Shown: positions 12,601 to 24,334 of the stretch, piece by piece
Position numbering within the stretch: position 1 is the stretch's first letter
How the letters are laid out: each line of letters starts with the position of its first letter
From: an uncultured bacterium
Lineage (GTDB): Bacteria; Verrucomicrobiota; Verrucomicrobiia; Limisphaerales; UBA8199
Length of the DNA: 64,000 bases
Assembly (NCBI GenBank): GCA_963749495.1
Contig: CAVVMW010000018.1
Coordinates: 160,001 to 224,000, forward strand
Reading direction: 5' to 3'
The notes under the pieces: model-generated
Told to the model about the DNA's origin: nothing
What the model saw: the letters and a program-made list of their open reading frames with translations, nothing else
The model's database searches: none
Made by a program: the position numbers and the translations under genes

Positions 12601-13268
12601 TTTAACTGGCCGGCACCCAGGGGCGTGCCATAGACCATCGGCGCCGGGTTGGCCCACCCGATCGTGGTAGTCGTTTGGGGCATCCCGGTGATCTGCAGCG
12701 ACCAACTGTTCAAAGTGCTCAGGCCGCCGGGGTCCAGGTCCGCCAGGAACAAGACCCACGTGCCCGAGGCGGCAAGGCCGTTGAAGTTGGTGAGAAACGT
12801 GGTGCGGGGAGACGTGTCCAGGACTGCCGTCGGATCGACGAATCGCCCGTCCGGCTGCCAGGTCCCTGTGAGGGGCGAGCCTGCGGCCGGGGTGGCCACT
12901 TTTTCGTAGTTGTGGATGTCGTTGGCCGCCGAGTCGGAAAACGTCACGTCAAAACCGGAGTCAATGTAGCCAAATGGGCTGGTTGCCGTCCGCCCCACCC
13001 GGTTGAGCAGGACGGTCAGCCCGCTCTGGTGCTGGAGATAGACATAAAGGTCCCCGTTGAAATTGCCCGTGATCTTCAGGTGTACCTGCAACGACGTGAT
13101 GTAGGCGATGTCGGACGCGATGGTCCGGGTGTCCCGGACCCCGGATGGGCTGTAATCGGGGATGGCCAGGTTGACGCCCAGAAACGTGCTGGTCTCGGAC
13201 AGGTCGGCTTGAGCCCCGACTGCCGCGGCGGCCAGCAGCCCCGCGATCAGTCCCTTGCAGCGCTTCAT
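6656..13268 (-). CDS. Large secreted surface protein: P-domain-like N-terminus, many MBG-type repeats, two Ig-like/cadherin-like modules, C-terminal trypsin-like domain; frameshift near 12060
   Basis: Signal peptide MKRCKGLIAGLLAAAAVGAQA with GAGGGAG RBS; repeated SRxYGxxNPxLTG...SPVGxYPI units; C-terminal GGDSGSP. Confidence 0.85.
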
Positions 13269-13475
13269 AAAGTCTCCCTCTCGGTTTGTGGTGCGATGGT
13301 GATGTTGTGAATCAACGCAGTCATAATTAGGTGCCTTGTGCAAATTAATAACAAATCCAGATTCAGTTGTCAGCGAGCATTCGGCCAGCGGAGCAAAAAA
13401 GCAAGAAGAACTTGACTTGCTCGGGCATTCTTGCATTGCCCGGCAGCCGGGATTCACGCAATATTGGCTGGTCTT

Positions 13476-16400
13476 ATGGCATCTGGACGCAAGCAATACC
13501 CGTTTGATCTGATCGAATCCAAGTGGCAGCGCCGCTGGGACCAGGAGCAGACCTCTCGCGCATGGAACCCGGGCGAGCGGGTGCCGCCGGGGCATCCCTT
13601 TGCGCGGCGCCACGGCCCCGTCCAACCCGAGCGATTGCCCAAATTCTACATCCTGGACATGTTCCCTTACCCGTCGGGCACGGGCCTGCACGTGGGGCAT
13701 CCCGAGGGCTATACCGCCACCGACATCCTGGCGCGCTACCGCCGGGCGCGCGGCTATAACGTCCTGCACCCGATGGGCTGGGACGCCTTCGGCCTGCCTG
13801 CCGAGCAATACGCCATCAAGACCGGCCAGCACCCGCGTCAGACGACCGAGTCCAATGTCGCCAACTTCAAACGGCAGATTAAGGCGCTGGGCTTCAGCTA
13901 CGATTGGAGCCGGGAGATCGACACCACCGACCCGCGATATCTCAAGTGGACGCAGTGGATCTTCCTACAGCTTTACAACTCATGGTTCAACCCGGAGTCG
14001 GGCAAGGCCGAGCCGATGCGGACGCTGCCCTATCCGCCCGAGTTGAGAAAAGGGGCGCCGGGCGCGCCGACGGAACTGGAGGCCAAACGCCGGGCCTGGC
14101 GCGACTCCAAGCGGCTCGCCTACGTGACGGAAGCGCCAGTCTGGTGGTGCGAGCAACTGGGCACCGTCCTGGCCAATGAGGAGGTGGTCGAGGGCAAGAG
14201 CGAGGTGGGCGGGTTTCCCGTGGTGCGCCGGCCAATGCGCCAATGGATGCTCCGCATCACGGCTTACGCGGACCGGCTCTTGCGGGACCTCGAGACCATC
14301 CAGTGGAGCGACTCGCTCAAGGAGATGCAGCGCAACTGGATCGGGCGCTCCGAAGGCGCCGAGGTCGGCTTCACAGTCCAGCGCCAGGCCCAGGAGCAGG
14401 GCGGGCTGCGGGTCACGCACGACGTGTTCGTCCTGGACGTGTTCACGACCCGGCCCGACACGCTGTTTGGCGCCACTTACATGGTCCTGGCGCCGGAACA
14501 CGCGTTCATTGATGTTTGGCTCGAGGCAAGGCATCGTGCCCGAGCGATGGCCACAAGGGACACCCGAGGAATGGAAGGGGGGCCGCGCAGGCAGGGATGC
14601 CAGCGCCACGGGCACGCCGCGGGCCGCCCTCGAGCAGTACCGCCAGTTCGCCGCCAAGAAAAGCGACCTCGAACGGACCGAGTTGGCAAAGGAGAAGACC
14701 GGGGTGTTCACGGGGGTCTATGCCATCAACCCCGTCAACGGGCAGGAGATTCCGGTCTGGATAGCGGATTATGTCCTGGCCAGCTACGGCACCGGAGCGA
14801 TTATGGCCGTGCCGGGGCATGACGCGCGCGATCTCGAGTTTGCCCGGAAGTTCCGCCTGCCGATTGTCCAGGTCGTCCAGCCGCCCGAGGGCAAAGACTG
14901 GCGCGGCTACGTGGACGACGGCGCAGCAGTGAACTCGGCCAGCGCCGAGGTCTCGCTCGACGGCCTGGCCACGCCTGAGGCCAAGCGGAAGATCACCGCC
15001 TGGCTCGAGGCGAAAAACCTCGGGCGAAAGACGGTCAACTACAAACTCCGCGACTGGCTCTTCAGCCGGCAGCGATACTGGGGCGAACCGTTTCCCATCC
15101 TCTGGAAGACCGGCCCCGGCGGGCAGCCCTATCACGAGGCCATCCCCGAGTCCGCCCTGCCGGTCGTGCCGCCTCAATTGGAGGATTACAAACCCACGCC
15201 CGACGGCCAGCCGCCGCTGGCGCGCGCCCGGGATTGGGTGAACCTGCCCGACGGCTCGCAGCGCGAAACCAATACCATGCCTCAATGGGCCGGCAGTTGC
15301 TGGTACTACTTGCGTTACCTGGACGCGGCAAACGATACGCGGTTCGTGGACAAATCCGCGGAACGGTACTGGATGGGCTACTGCAACCAGCGGATTCCGT
15401 TGACTCTGGAGGAGCTGAATGCGGCGATTGAGGATTTAATAGAGCTGAGCTACAGAGAGCCGGGCGCAGCACGGCAGAGGGTTGGTTTTGCCCAGGTGAG
15501 CGAGGACACAGCGAGGAGAATTCGAGCGGCCACGAATCTCGACTTAAACGGCTATGTTCATGTGCTGGATAACTATGGAGTGCGCCACACGCGCAAGGAG
15601 CACGGAGATCCGGGCGCCGAGAGGCGGCGCGGGCAGGAGGCGGTGGAAGACGCGACCTTCTTCCTCATCCCCTGGGTCGTACTGGAGCCTGATTCCATCG
15701 AATACGGGGGCAAGTCCTCGACGGGCCTGCACGTGCTGCGGTTCAGGAAGCAGATCAACGGGGTCGTTGTGGTGGTCGAAGAGGTGCGGGCCAGCGCAAA
15801 TCTGCTTGCGGTGGTGACCGTTTACAAAACGCGGGCGGCGGGCGATGCCGCCATAGGGGCCCCGCCCGGAACGTCTGATGACGACCGCCGTAATAAGATT
15901 ATACGTGAGCATCTGCCGAAGGTCAAGCTGCCCACGCCCGGGGTTGACCTCTACGTGGGCGGCATTGAACACGCCGTGCTCCACCTGCTTTATGCGCGCT
16001 TCTGGCACAAGGTGCTTTACGACTTGGGCCATGTCTCGACCCCGGAGCCTTTTTTCAAGCTGGTCAACCAGGGCCTCATCCTCGGGGAGATGGAGTTCAC
16101 GCTCTTTTGCTTTGCCGATGGCAGTCCTTGCAGCATCAGCGAATTGCGCGACCTCCAGGAAGAGGCCTCGACCGAGGGCCGGCGGATGGTCGGGTTCCAC
16201 AAACAGACCAAGGAGAAACTGCTGGGCCGGCGCATCCCGGAAGACAACGTGGTCAAGGCCGGCGACGGCTTTTCGCTCAAGACCGACGCCGGGGTCCGGG
16301 TCGATGCCCGCAGCTTCAAGATGTCCAAATCCCGCGGCAATGTCATCAACCCCGACGACATCCTGGCCGAGTATGGCGCCGACGCGTTCCGCCTGTACGA

Positions 16401-17091
16401 GATGTTCATGGGGCCTCTGGAAATGGTGAAGCCCTGGAGCACGCGCAGCGTCGAGGGGGTCTATCGGTTCCTGGGGAAGGTCTGGCGGTTGTTCATCGAC
16501 CAGAACAGCCAGACGGCCTTCGAGCAGGGCGTGACGGCGGAGCCGCAGCGGGCGGCGGAGCTTTTCGAGCAGGTCCGCCTCAACCCGGCCATTCGCGATG
16601 CCGAGCCGGGCGCCGCCCAGCTCAAGGCCCTCCATGCCTGCACCAGGAAAGTGACCGAGGACCTCGATGGGCTCCGGTTCAACACGGCCATTTCGGCCCT
16701 CATGGTCTTCGCCAACGAGGCGACGGCCTGGCAGACCCGGCCGGCCTCGGTGCTCCGGGATTTCCTGGTCCTCCTGCAGCCCTTTGCGCCGCACCTGGCC
16801 GAGGAGCTGTGGTCCAGGCTCGGCGCGGCGCTGCCCGCGCCCCTCCCCTCGCTCAGTTACGCGGCCTGGCCTGAGTTCAACCCGGCCTTCCTCATCGAGC
16901 AGACACTCGAAATCCCCGTCCAGGTCAACGGCAAGCTCCGCGATGTCATCCGGGTCCCGGCCACTGCCTCTGCCGCCGACCTGGAGGCCGCCGCCCGTGG
17001 CTCGGAAAAGGTCAAGCCCTTCCTGGAAGGCAAGACGGTCAGGAAGGTCATCGTCCTGCCCCGCAAGCTGGTGAATATCGTGGCGGCGTGA
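13476..17091 (+). CDS. leuS: Leucine--tRNA ligase with an inserted domain; frameshift near 14510-14540
   Basis: [14 protein letters not shown] (HIGH), [43 protein letters not shown]. Confidence 0.97.
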
Positions 17092-17137
17092 GGGGACAGG
17101 GAACGTGGAGCGTCGGCGCCTGAGTGCGCGGCGCCTG

Positions 17138-17494
17138 CTAATTCGTGGGCGTCTGGCTGGCCGGGTGTGTCAGTTCCAGCATCCAGGCAATGGCCTCGCG
17201 GACCCTGGCGAGCACGCCCGACTCGAAGCGCCCGGCCTTTTCCTTGAGGCGGTGGAGTTCCACCGAGGCAATGCCTTGAACGTTGGCAAGGCCTTGGTCC
17301 GCGCCGGGCAGCCACCGGACGCGCGGGAGGAGCACCTCGTAGTTCCCGCCCCGGGCTTGGGTGGTGAGGGGCACGCAGACCGCCAGCGCGCGCGGCGCCT
17401 CCGGGTCTTCACGGGAAACGACCATCAGAGGGCGCACCTTCCCCGCAATCCCCAAGTCCACCCAATAGACTTCACCAGGCCTTGGCGTGGTCAT
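17138..17494 (-). CDS. MazF/PemK-family toxin
   Basis: PRPGEVYWVDLG...KVRPLMVVS...VCVPLTT. Confidence 0.88.
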   Translation of the reverse strand: MTTPRPGEVYWVDLGIAGKVRPLMVVSREDPEAPRALAVCVPLTTQARGGNYEVLLPRVRWLPGADQGLANVQGIASVELHRLKEKAGRFESGVLARVREAIAWMLELTHPASQTPTN

Positions 17495-17708
17495 AGAAGC
17501 TTTCCAGGGTGGCCGCGCGCCGTTCCCACGGCCCCAGGACGGAATCCTCAGGCTCCGTGCGCAAACTGACCGGGACCTTCCCGGTTCGGGCGATCTCACT
17601 GACAAAAACGCGGAACATTTCCGAGGTCGAAGTGCCCAAGGTCTTTGTCACTGCGTTAGCCTTGCCGAGCAAACGCTTATCGACTCGGCAGCGAAATAGC
17701 ACGGTCAT
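17472..17708 (-). CDS. RelB/DinJ-like ribbon-helix-helix antitoxin
   Basis: FRCRVDKRLLGKANAVTKTLGTSTSEMFRVFVSEIARTGKVP; overlaps the toxin start. Confidence 0.8.
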   Translation of the reverse strand: MTVLFRCRVDKRLLGKANAVTKTLGTSTSEMFRVFVSEIARTGKVPVSLRTEPEDSVLGPWERRAATLESFYDHAKAW

Positions 17709-17864
17709 GCCACAATTGTGCCCTTTCCAGTCCTGGTGTCAAGCCGCAGGACTCCCGAAATTTCTGTTGACATTCCCGAGGGCCTTGTCTAGCCTCGGCA
17801 TCATGCAGACAATTCCACGTTCTGCCTTGCCGCGTCCTTGTGGACTTGAGAAATCCGGGAGCCT

Positions 17865-18656
17865 ATGTCATCTACCATGTTAAATTCACGCGATCACTTC
17901 CGTCGTGCTTTTCGGATTGACTTGGCATTCACCCTGATTGAACTGCTCGTGGTCATTGCCATCATTGCCATTCTTGCCGCGATGCTCTTGCCCGCCCTTG
18001 CCCAGGCGAAGGCCAAAGCAGCCCAGACGAAGTGTGTGAGCAACGAAAGGCAACTTACCTACGGACTGATGATGTACACGATGAACAACACGGATTATTT
18101 CCCGGGGACCGCCTCGAGAAACACGTACGGCTACGAAAAAGAGGACTGGATCTATTGGCGTGCCGGCGCGAATTATCCCCCCGTCACCCAGAGCCCGATC
18201 GTCACGGGCACCGGCTCGGTCAGCAGCAACCTGTTCCGCTGCTCGATGGACAGGAGTGACAGCGAACGCATCGCTGAAAACACGGACGGGCAGGGAATCT
18301 ATGCCTACAGCTATACCGTGACGAGCGTCGTGACCGATGTCAACTGCGGTTTTACATCGATCATCGACAACAATATCCATTTCGTTGAACAATTCAAACT
18401 CTCCAGCGTCCGCAGGCCCGCGCTGAAGATCATGCTCGCCGAGGAGCAAGCCACCCTCAAAAAGGGTGAAGCCTCGGATCCGACGGGGGACGTCATGAAT
18501 GACGGCCGTTACTGCCCCAGCGGCCCCGCCACCGGCGGCGACGCCTTTACCGTTCGGCACAACGGAAAAGGCATTGCGGGGTTCGCGGACGGCCACGTGT
18601 CACCCGTGTTGCCCAAGTTCGCCAACATGATAACGAACTGTCAAGCCGACCTGTAA
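17865..18656 (+). CDS. Prepilin-type N-terminal cleavage/methylation protein with H-X9-DG motif (DUF1559-like)
   Basis: [40 protein letters not shown]. Confidence 0.92.
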   Translation: MSSTMLNSRDHFRRAFRIDLAFTLIELLVVIAIIAILAAMLLPALAQAKAKAAQTKCVSNERQLTYGLMMYTMNNTDYFPGTASRNTYGYEKEDWIYWRAGANYPPVTQSPIVTGTGSVSSNLFRCSMDRSDSERIAENTDGQGIYAYSYTVTSVVTDVNCGFTSIIDNNIHFVEQFKLSSVRRPALKIMLAEEQATLKKGEASDPTGDVMNDGRYCPSGPATGGDAFTVRHNGKGIAGFADGHVSPVLPKFANMITNCQADL

Positions 18657-18689
18657 ACGCTGCTCTGCCTCGCGGCCCAACGGGCCGCC

Positions 18690-19340
18690 AGAACTTAGCC
18701 CAGGGCTGAGGCCGTGAGGCCGATGCCCTGGGTTTCGCCGCAAACCCGGGTCCCGCGCCCTGAAAGAATCCCCCAAACGGAATTTGGCGCATTGAACCCC
18801 CGAACCTCGACCGGGCGTCCCGGTCCCGCGTAGCGTTTTGGACTGCGGCAGTCCTCTGCCGCTTTTCTGTCCCCTCGCTGGCGGCGCGAAAGCGGCAGAG
18901 GACTGCCGCAGTCCAAAACCTTCGGGCTTGGGGTCAATTCCTGGGGAGCCTTGATGATTTTGGGATCGTGCATTGGGACCATGAACCGGACGGGCGCCGC
19001 CCCGCGCGTAGCGTTTTGGACTGCCGCAGTCCAAAACCTTCGGGCTTGGGGTCGGTTCCTGGGGAGCCTTGATGATTTTGGGATCGTGCATTGGGACCAT
19101 GAACCGGACGCGCGCCGCCCCGCGCGTAGCGTTTTGGACTGCGGCAGTCCTCTGCCGCTTTTGTGTCCCCTCGCTGGCGACGCGAAAGCGGCAGAAGACT
19201 GCCGCAGTCCAAAACCTTCGGGCTTGGGGTCGGTTCCTGGGGAGGGCGCGAGAGGGCCTGGCGCCCCTACAGGGCGCGCCTGATCCTCCGGCGGCATGTT
19301 CCCAGGGCATCGGCCTGGCGGCCTCAGCCCTGGGCTAAGC
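18690..19340. repeat. Nested REP cluster: outer CCCAGGG...CCCTGGG arms enclosing three tandem TTTTGGACTGCGGCAGTCC units
   Basis: Arms ~18696-18732 and ~19301-19339 are near reverse complements; inner units at ~18827, ~19004, ~19122. Confidence 0.9.
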
Positions 19341-19384
19341 TCCGCCGGCCCTTTGGGCCGGAACCTCCTGGGATCCGCGCAAGC

Positions 19385-20233
19385 TCAATCGGCTCGAGTT
19401 GCGGGGGTGGCGGGCTGGGTGACTGGGCGCAACTGGATCTGGCGCAGGGCGGCGCCGGTTTGCCAGGAGGCCAGGCCGAAGGGCTTGGACATCTCAATGT
19501 CGCCGGGCCGCAGGGAGATGCGCCTGTCCTTTGTGTTGACGTTGATCAACTGCTGGTTGTCGAGCCAGGCCTCGATCCGGGACTCGGTCACGCGGAGCCG
19601 GATGCGGTACCAGCGGCCGGATTCGAAGCTCAGGAACTTGGTGGTCTGGTTCTCGGAGGCGTCCATCCCGTCGAGGCTCGAGATGCCCACCAGCGAACCG
19701 CCCCATCCGCCGACGATCAGGCTGCAGAACGAATCGCCTACGGGCACGGTCAGGCCGCAAAAGAAGTCCGAGCCCATGACCCGCGCCGCATCGAGGGCCA
19801 CCTCGTAATTCATCTTGGGAAAGTCGTTGGTGTAATTGATGCCTGTGAACGGCTCGCCCATCTTGAGCAGGATGAGGCCGTCGCGGCATTGGACCTCGCC
19901 GTGGCCGGCGAACTGGGTTTCGCGCCAGCCCGTGAGGTCCTGGCCATTGAAGAGGGGTTGCCAGCCTTCGCCATCGAAAGGTGCGGGCGGTTTGGCCAGG
20001 CCGGGCGGGAGGTTGTCCTTGGGTTCGGCGGCGGGGGCGGGAGGCGGCGCGGCGGCCTGGGCCTGCTGCGGCGGGGAAGCCGCGGCGGGCGGTTGGGCCT
20101 GCGCAGAGGGGGCGCCGGGTCTGGCGGGCTGCGAACTGCACCCCGCCAGCAGCACCAGGGCGGGCACAAGGGTGTGCAACGAGAAAAAGCTCATCTTCAT
20201 AGAGGGCATCGGAAAAAAGTTGAAGTTGCTCAT
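19385..20233 (-). CDS. DUF1080 (3-keto-disaccharide hydrolase-like) lipoprotein
   Basis: LLAGC lipobox; WQPLFNGQDLTGW; GSDFFCGLT; GGWGG; start codon uncertain. Confidence 0.85.
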   Translation of the reverse strand: MSNFNFFPMPSMKMSFFSLHTLVPALVLLAGCSSQPARPGAPSAQAQPPAAASPPQQAQAAAPPPAPAAEPKDNLPPGLAKPPAPFDGEGWQPLFNGQDLTGWRETQFAGHGEVQCRDGLILLKMGEPFTGINYTNDFPKMNYEVALDAARVMGSDFFCGLTVPVGDSFCSLIVGGWGGSLVGISSLDGMDASENQTTKFLSFESGRWYRIRLRVTESRIEAWLDNQQLINVNTKDRRISLRPGDIEMSKPFGLASWQTGAALRQIQLRPVTQPATPATRAD

Positions 20234-20327
20234 AAAGTCCGAAGGCAATAGCCTACCCGGGTATTTTCGAAATGGCGACAAGATATTCCCATGACGAACC
20301 CTGAAGGCGGAGACAGAGTCGGCGGCG

Positions 20328-20475
20328 GACCCCTCACCCCAGCCCTCTCCCCGTCCGACGGGGAGAGGGAGAGGCGCCGGCAGTCTCAGGAGCTTCCGGG
20401 CGTCTCCGCTTGCTCAAAGCGCTACCGAGAATCCTCCCTCTCCCCATCCGATGGGGAGAGGGCCGGGGTGAGGGG
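20328..20475. repeat. REP-like CCCTCTCCCC..GGGGAGAGGG composite palindrome (also ~35303-35450, ~45076-45222, ~51225-51372; degenerate at ~1520-1563)
   Basis: cccctcaccccagccctctccc...gggagagggccggggtgagggg recurs across the window. Confidence 0.9.
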
Positions 20476-20515
20476 CTGCCCGCGCTGCCGCTCCCGCCTT
20501 CGCTGAGGCCTTCCC

Positions 20516-20818
20516 ATGACGATCCCCAGCTTTCTCCGTGAGCAGGCCGACGGCGTCTTGCTGTCGGTCAAGCTGCAGCCGCGCGCCTCGGCCAACGAAA
20601 TCGGCGAGGCGATGGGGAGCGAGCTGCGCATCAGGGTCACCGCCCCGCCGGTGGACGCGGCCGCCAACCAGGCCCTGGTGCGGCTGCTGGCGGAGGCCCT
20701 GGATTGCCCGCGGCACCGGGTCGAACTGGCGCGCGGCCATGCCTCGCGGCACAAAGTGGTCAAGCTCTATGGATTCAGCGCCCAGGCGGCGGCAGCCCGG
20801 CTGCTCTCTAAAGGCTAA
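20516..20818 (+). CDS. DUF167/YggU family protein
   Basis: VKLQPRASANEI...LRIRVTAPPVDAAANQAL...GHASRHK. Confidence 0.9.
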   Translation: MTIPSFLREQADGVLLSVKLQPRASANEIGEAMGSELRIRVTAPPVDAAANQALVRLLAEALDCPRHRVELARGHASRHKVVKLYGFSAQAAAARLLSKG

Positions 20819-20912
20819 AGGCTAAAGGCTGAAGTTGAAAAGCGCTTGGCCCCGCCACGTCTCCCACCTCAGCCTTTAGCCTTTAGCCTTTAGCCTTCAG
20901 CCTTCAGCCTTT
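20808..20912. repeat. Inverted pair of heptamer arrays (AAAGGCT)n/(AGCCTTT)n between convergent genes; possible terminator
   Basis: Directly visible. Confidence 0.8.
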
Positions 20913-20954
20913 GGAACGGAGAGGGTCGGGGTAAGGGGCTGGCCGGTTGCGCCG

Positions 20955-22217
20955 TTATTCGTAGCGGAGGGACTCAATCGGGTCGAGGTTGGCGGCCTTG
21001 TAAGCGGGGTAGGTGCCGAAGACAATGCCCACGATCGAGCAAATGACCAGGCCGATGACGATCCAATCAACCGGAACCACCGGCGCGAGTTTCAGGTAGT
21101 AGGCGGTCGCGTCGCCGCCCAGGATCCCGAGGAGGACCCCGATGGCGCCGCCCACCTCGCAGATAACGACCGCCTCCATGATGAACTGGGCCATGATGCT
21201 CCGCTTCTTGGCCCCGACGGCCCGCCGGATGCCGATCTCGCGGGTGCGCTCGGTCACCGAGACGAGCATGATGTTCATGATGCCGACGCCGGCGGCGAGC
21301 AGGGCGATCGAGCTGACGACCATCACCCCGATGCGCACGGCCATGGTGAAGGTGTTGAATTGGGTCATCATCGAGTCGTTGGAGGCGATCTCGAAGTCGT
21401 CTTCTTTGCCGGGCGGCACCTTGCGGGCGACCCGGAGAACCCCGCGCACCTGTTCGACGGTTTCATCGAAGCCAGCCGTGTCTCGCGCCTGGATGAGGAG
21501 GGTCAAGCTGCGGGACCATCTCCCGAAACGGTTCAGCCCGGTCGTGATAGGGACGATGGCGAAGTTGTCCTGGTCGCCGCCCAGCGAGCCGCCCTTGGCC
21601 TCGAGCACCCCGATGACGGCGTAGTTGATGCCATTGACCTTGAGCCGCTCGCCGACCGCCTGGCCATGAGGAAAGACGCTCTTGAACAGGCCGTGCCCCA
21701 GCACGCAGACATCGTGGGCGCCGTCCACGTCGCTCTCCAGCAGCAGCCGGCCCTCGCCCAGTATCCAGTTGCGGGCCGCGAAACTGCCGGGCGTCTCGCC
21801 GAGGAGTTGCACGTTGGGGGCCGTCTTCTTGTAGCGCGTCTCGACCTGGCCGCCCCAAAACGTCTCCTCGATGCCCACGGATTGCGCCAGCGTCGCCTTC
21901 TTCTCCACCTGCAGCGCCTGCTCCAGGGTAATGTCGTTGCGCCGCCAGTACTTCTCGAAACCCTCGGGTCCCCCAAAGTAGATGGCCGGCCATTTCTGGA
22001 CCATGAACGTCTGGCTGCCCAATTGTCGGATCTCCTGCTCGATGTTGCTCTGCATCGCCCGCATCGCGGTCATGACCACGATGATCGAGAACACGCCCAC
22101 CAACACCCCCAGCAGCGTGAGCGCCGAGCGCAGCTTGTGCGCCGCCAGCGCGCCCATGGCCATGGCAAAACTATCGCGCAACTCCCCAAGCACTATTGTC
22201 GTTCGCCTCGCGCTCAT
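20955..22217 (-). CDS. MacB/FtsX-type ABC transporter permease
   Basis: [45 protein letters not shown]. Confidence 0.93.
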   Translation of the reverse strand: MSARRTTIVLGELRDSFAMAMGALAAHKLRSALTLLGVLVGVFSIIVVMTAMRAMQSNIEQEIRQLGSQTFMVQKWPAIYFGGPEGFEKYWRRNDITLEQALQVEKKATLAQSVGIEETFWGGQVETRYKKTAPNVQLLGETPGSFAARNWILGEGRLLLESDVDGAHDVCVLGHGLFKSVFPHGQAVGERLKVNGINYAVIGVLEAKGGSLGGDQDNFAIVPITTGLNRFGRWSRSLTLLIQARDTAGFDETVEQVRGVLRVARKVPPGKEDDFEIASNDSMMTQFNTFTMAVRIGVMVVSSIALLAAGVGIMNIMLVSVTERTREIGIRRAVGAKKRSIMAQFIMEAVVICEVGGAIGVLLGILGGDATAYYLKLAPVVPVDWIVIGLVICSIVGIVFGTYPAYKAANLDPIESLRYE

Positions 22218-22223
22218 GCTGTG

Positions 22224-23452
22224 TCACTCATTGCGCAACGCGTCCACCGGGTTCATGCGCGCCGCCCGCCAGGCCGGCAGAAAGCCCGACACCACCCCCG
22301 TGAGCAACGAAACCAGCAGCGCCAGGCCGACGAGGCTCGGCGACATCGTGACGGGCAGGAACTTCTGGATGAGGAAGGTCAGCAACCAGGCAATCGTCAG
22401 CGCGATCATCCCCCCGATCAGGCAGATGCAGGCCGCCTCGATGAGGAACTGGAGCAAAATGGTGCGCCGCTTGGCGCCGATGGCCTTGCGGATGCCGATC
22501 TCGCGCGTGCGCTCCGCCACAGACACGAACATGATGTTCATGATGCCAATCCCGCCCACGAATAGCGCCAACCCGGTGATAAACAGCCCCACGGCCGCGA
22601 TGGTGCCGCCTAGCTTGTGGAATATCTTCACCAATTGGTCCTGCTGGTTGATGGCAAAGTCGTCCGCCTGGGTGGGCGCCAGCCGCCTGACTGTCCGCAT
22701 GGCTGCGCGCACCTCCTCCTTGGCGTCGTCCAGTTGCGCCAGGTCCTTGACCTTGACGCAGATGTCGCAACTGGGCGTGCCCCAGAAATCCATCATGAAT
22801 CGCTTGAGGGGAAGGAAGATTTGGTTGTCCAGGCTGAACATGCCGAGGAACGAACCTTGTTTGTCCAGCACGCCGACCACCTCGAAGGGCTCGCCCTCGA
22901 TGCGGATGCGGCGGCCCAGCGGCGACTCGCGCTGAAACAGATTGGCCGCGACTTCCGACCCGATGACGCACACCGGCTGGCCGCCCGCCGATTCGGTGGG
23001 CGAGAAGAACCGCCCCTGGGCCAGGGTGGTGCTGCTGCTGGTATAAACGAACTGGTCGGTCGTAGCGATGATCCGAACATTGTCCGAGCGCCGCCGTTTG
23101 TATTGGACGGCCAGCCCGGCATCCACCTGGGGGGCGACCGCGCGCGCCATGGTCAATTGGCGTTCGAGGGCGACGACCTGGTCAGGGGAGATGCGGTTGC
23201 GCTTCATCCCGGTGCGCCACGAATCCTCCGAGTCGTTGAACCAGTTGAAACGGCTCACATAGAGGACATCCGCTCCCAGAAACGAGACGTTCTTGAGAAA
23301 TGCCCGGTCCAGCCCCTGGATGGCCGAGCCCATCAGGGTCACGGTCACAATGCCGATGACGATGCCCAGGGTGGTGAGGATCGAGCGCATCTTGTTGGCC
23401 CTGATGGCCGCCCAGGAAATGCCGACGCCCTCTTTGAGGTCGGTGAACAGGT

Positions 23453-23456
<4 letters not shown>
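22224..23456 (-). CDS. MacB/FtsX-type ABC transporter permease
   Basis: [35 protein letters not shown]. Confidence 0.93.
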
Positions 23457-24271
<815 letters not shown>

Positions 24272-24334
24272 GGGGCAAGGATCGGGTGGCCGGTGAAACC
24301 TCGGATTTCAAATCTCATTGTCTGATCGCCCCAC

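Noticed and set aside
14500..14545. Frameshifts in leuS, iscS, kbl, GH120, MBG protein, exonuclease, vapC and others as true pseudogenes or recoding
   Set aside because: About ten single-base shifts, including one in essential leuS, mostly without slippery motifs; long-read indel errors are the simplest explanation
15379..15935. leuS insert as an intein
   Set aside because: No C-terminal His-Asn followed by Cys/Ser/Thr and no recognisable Hint blocks
18827..19243. Tandem palindromic units as a CRISPR array
   Set aside because: The spacers are near-identical to each other, units are too long, and no cas genes are present
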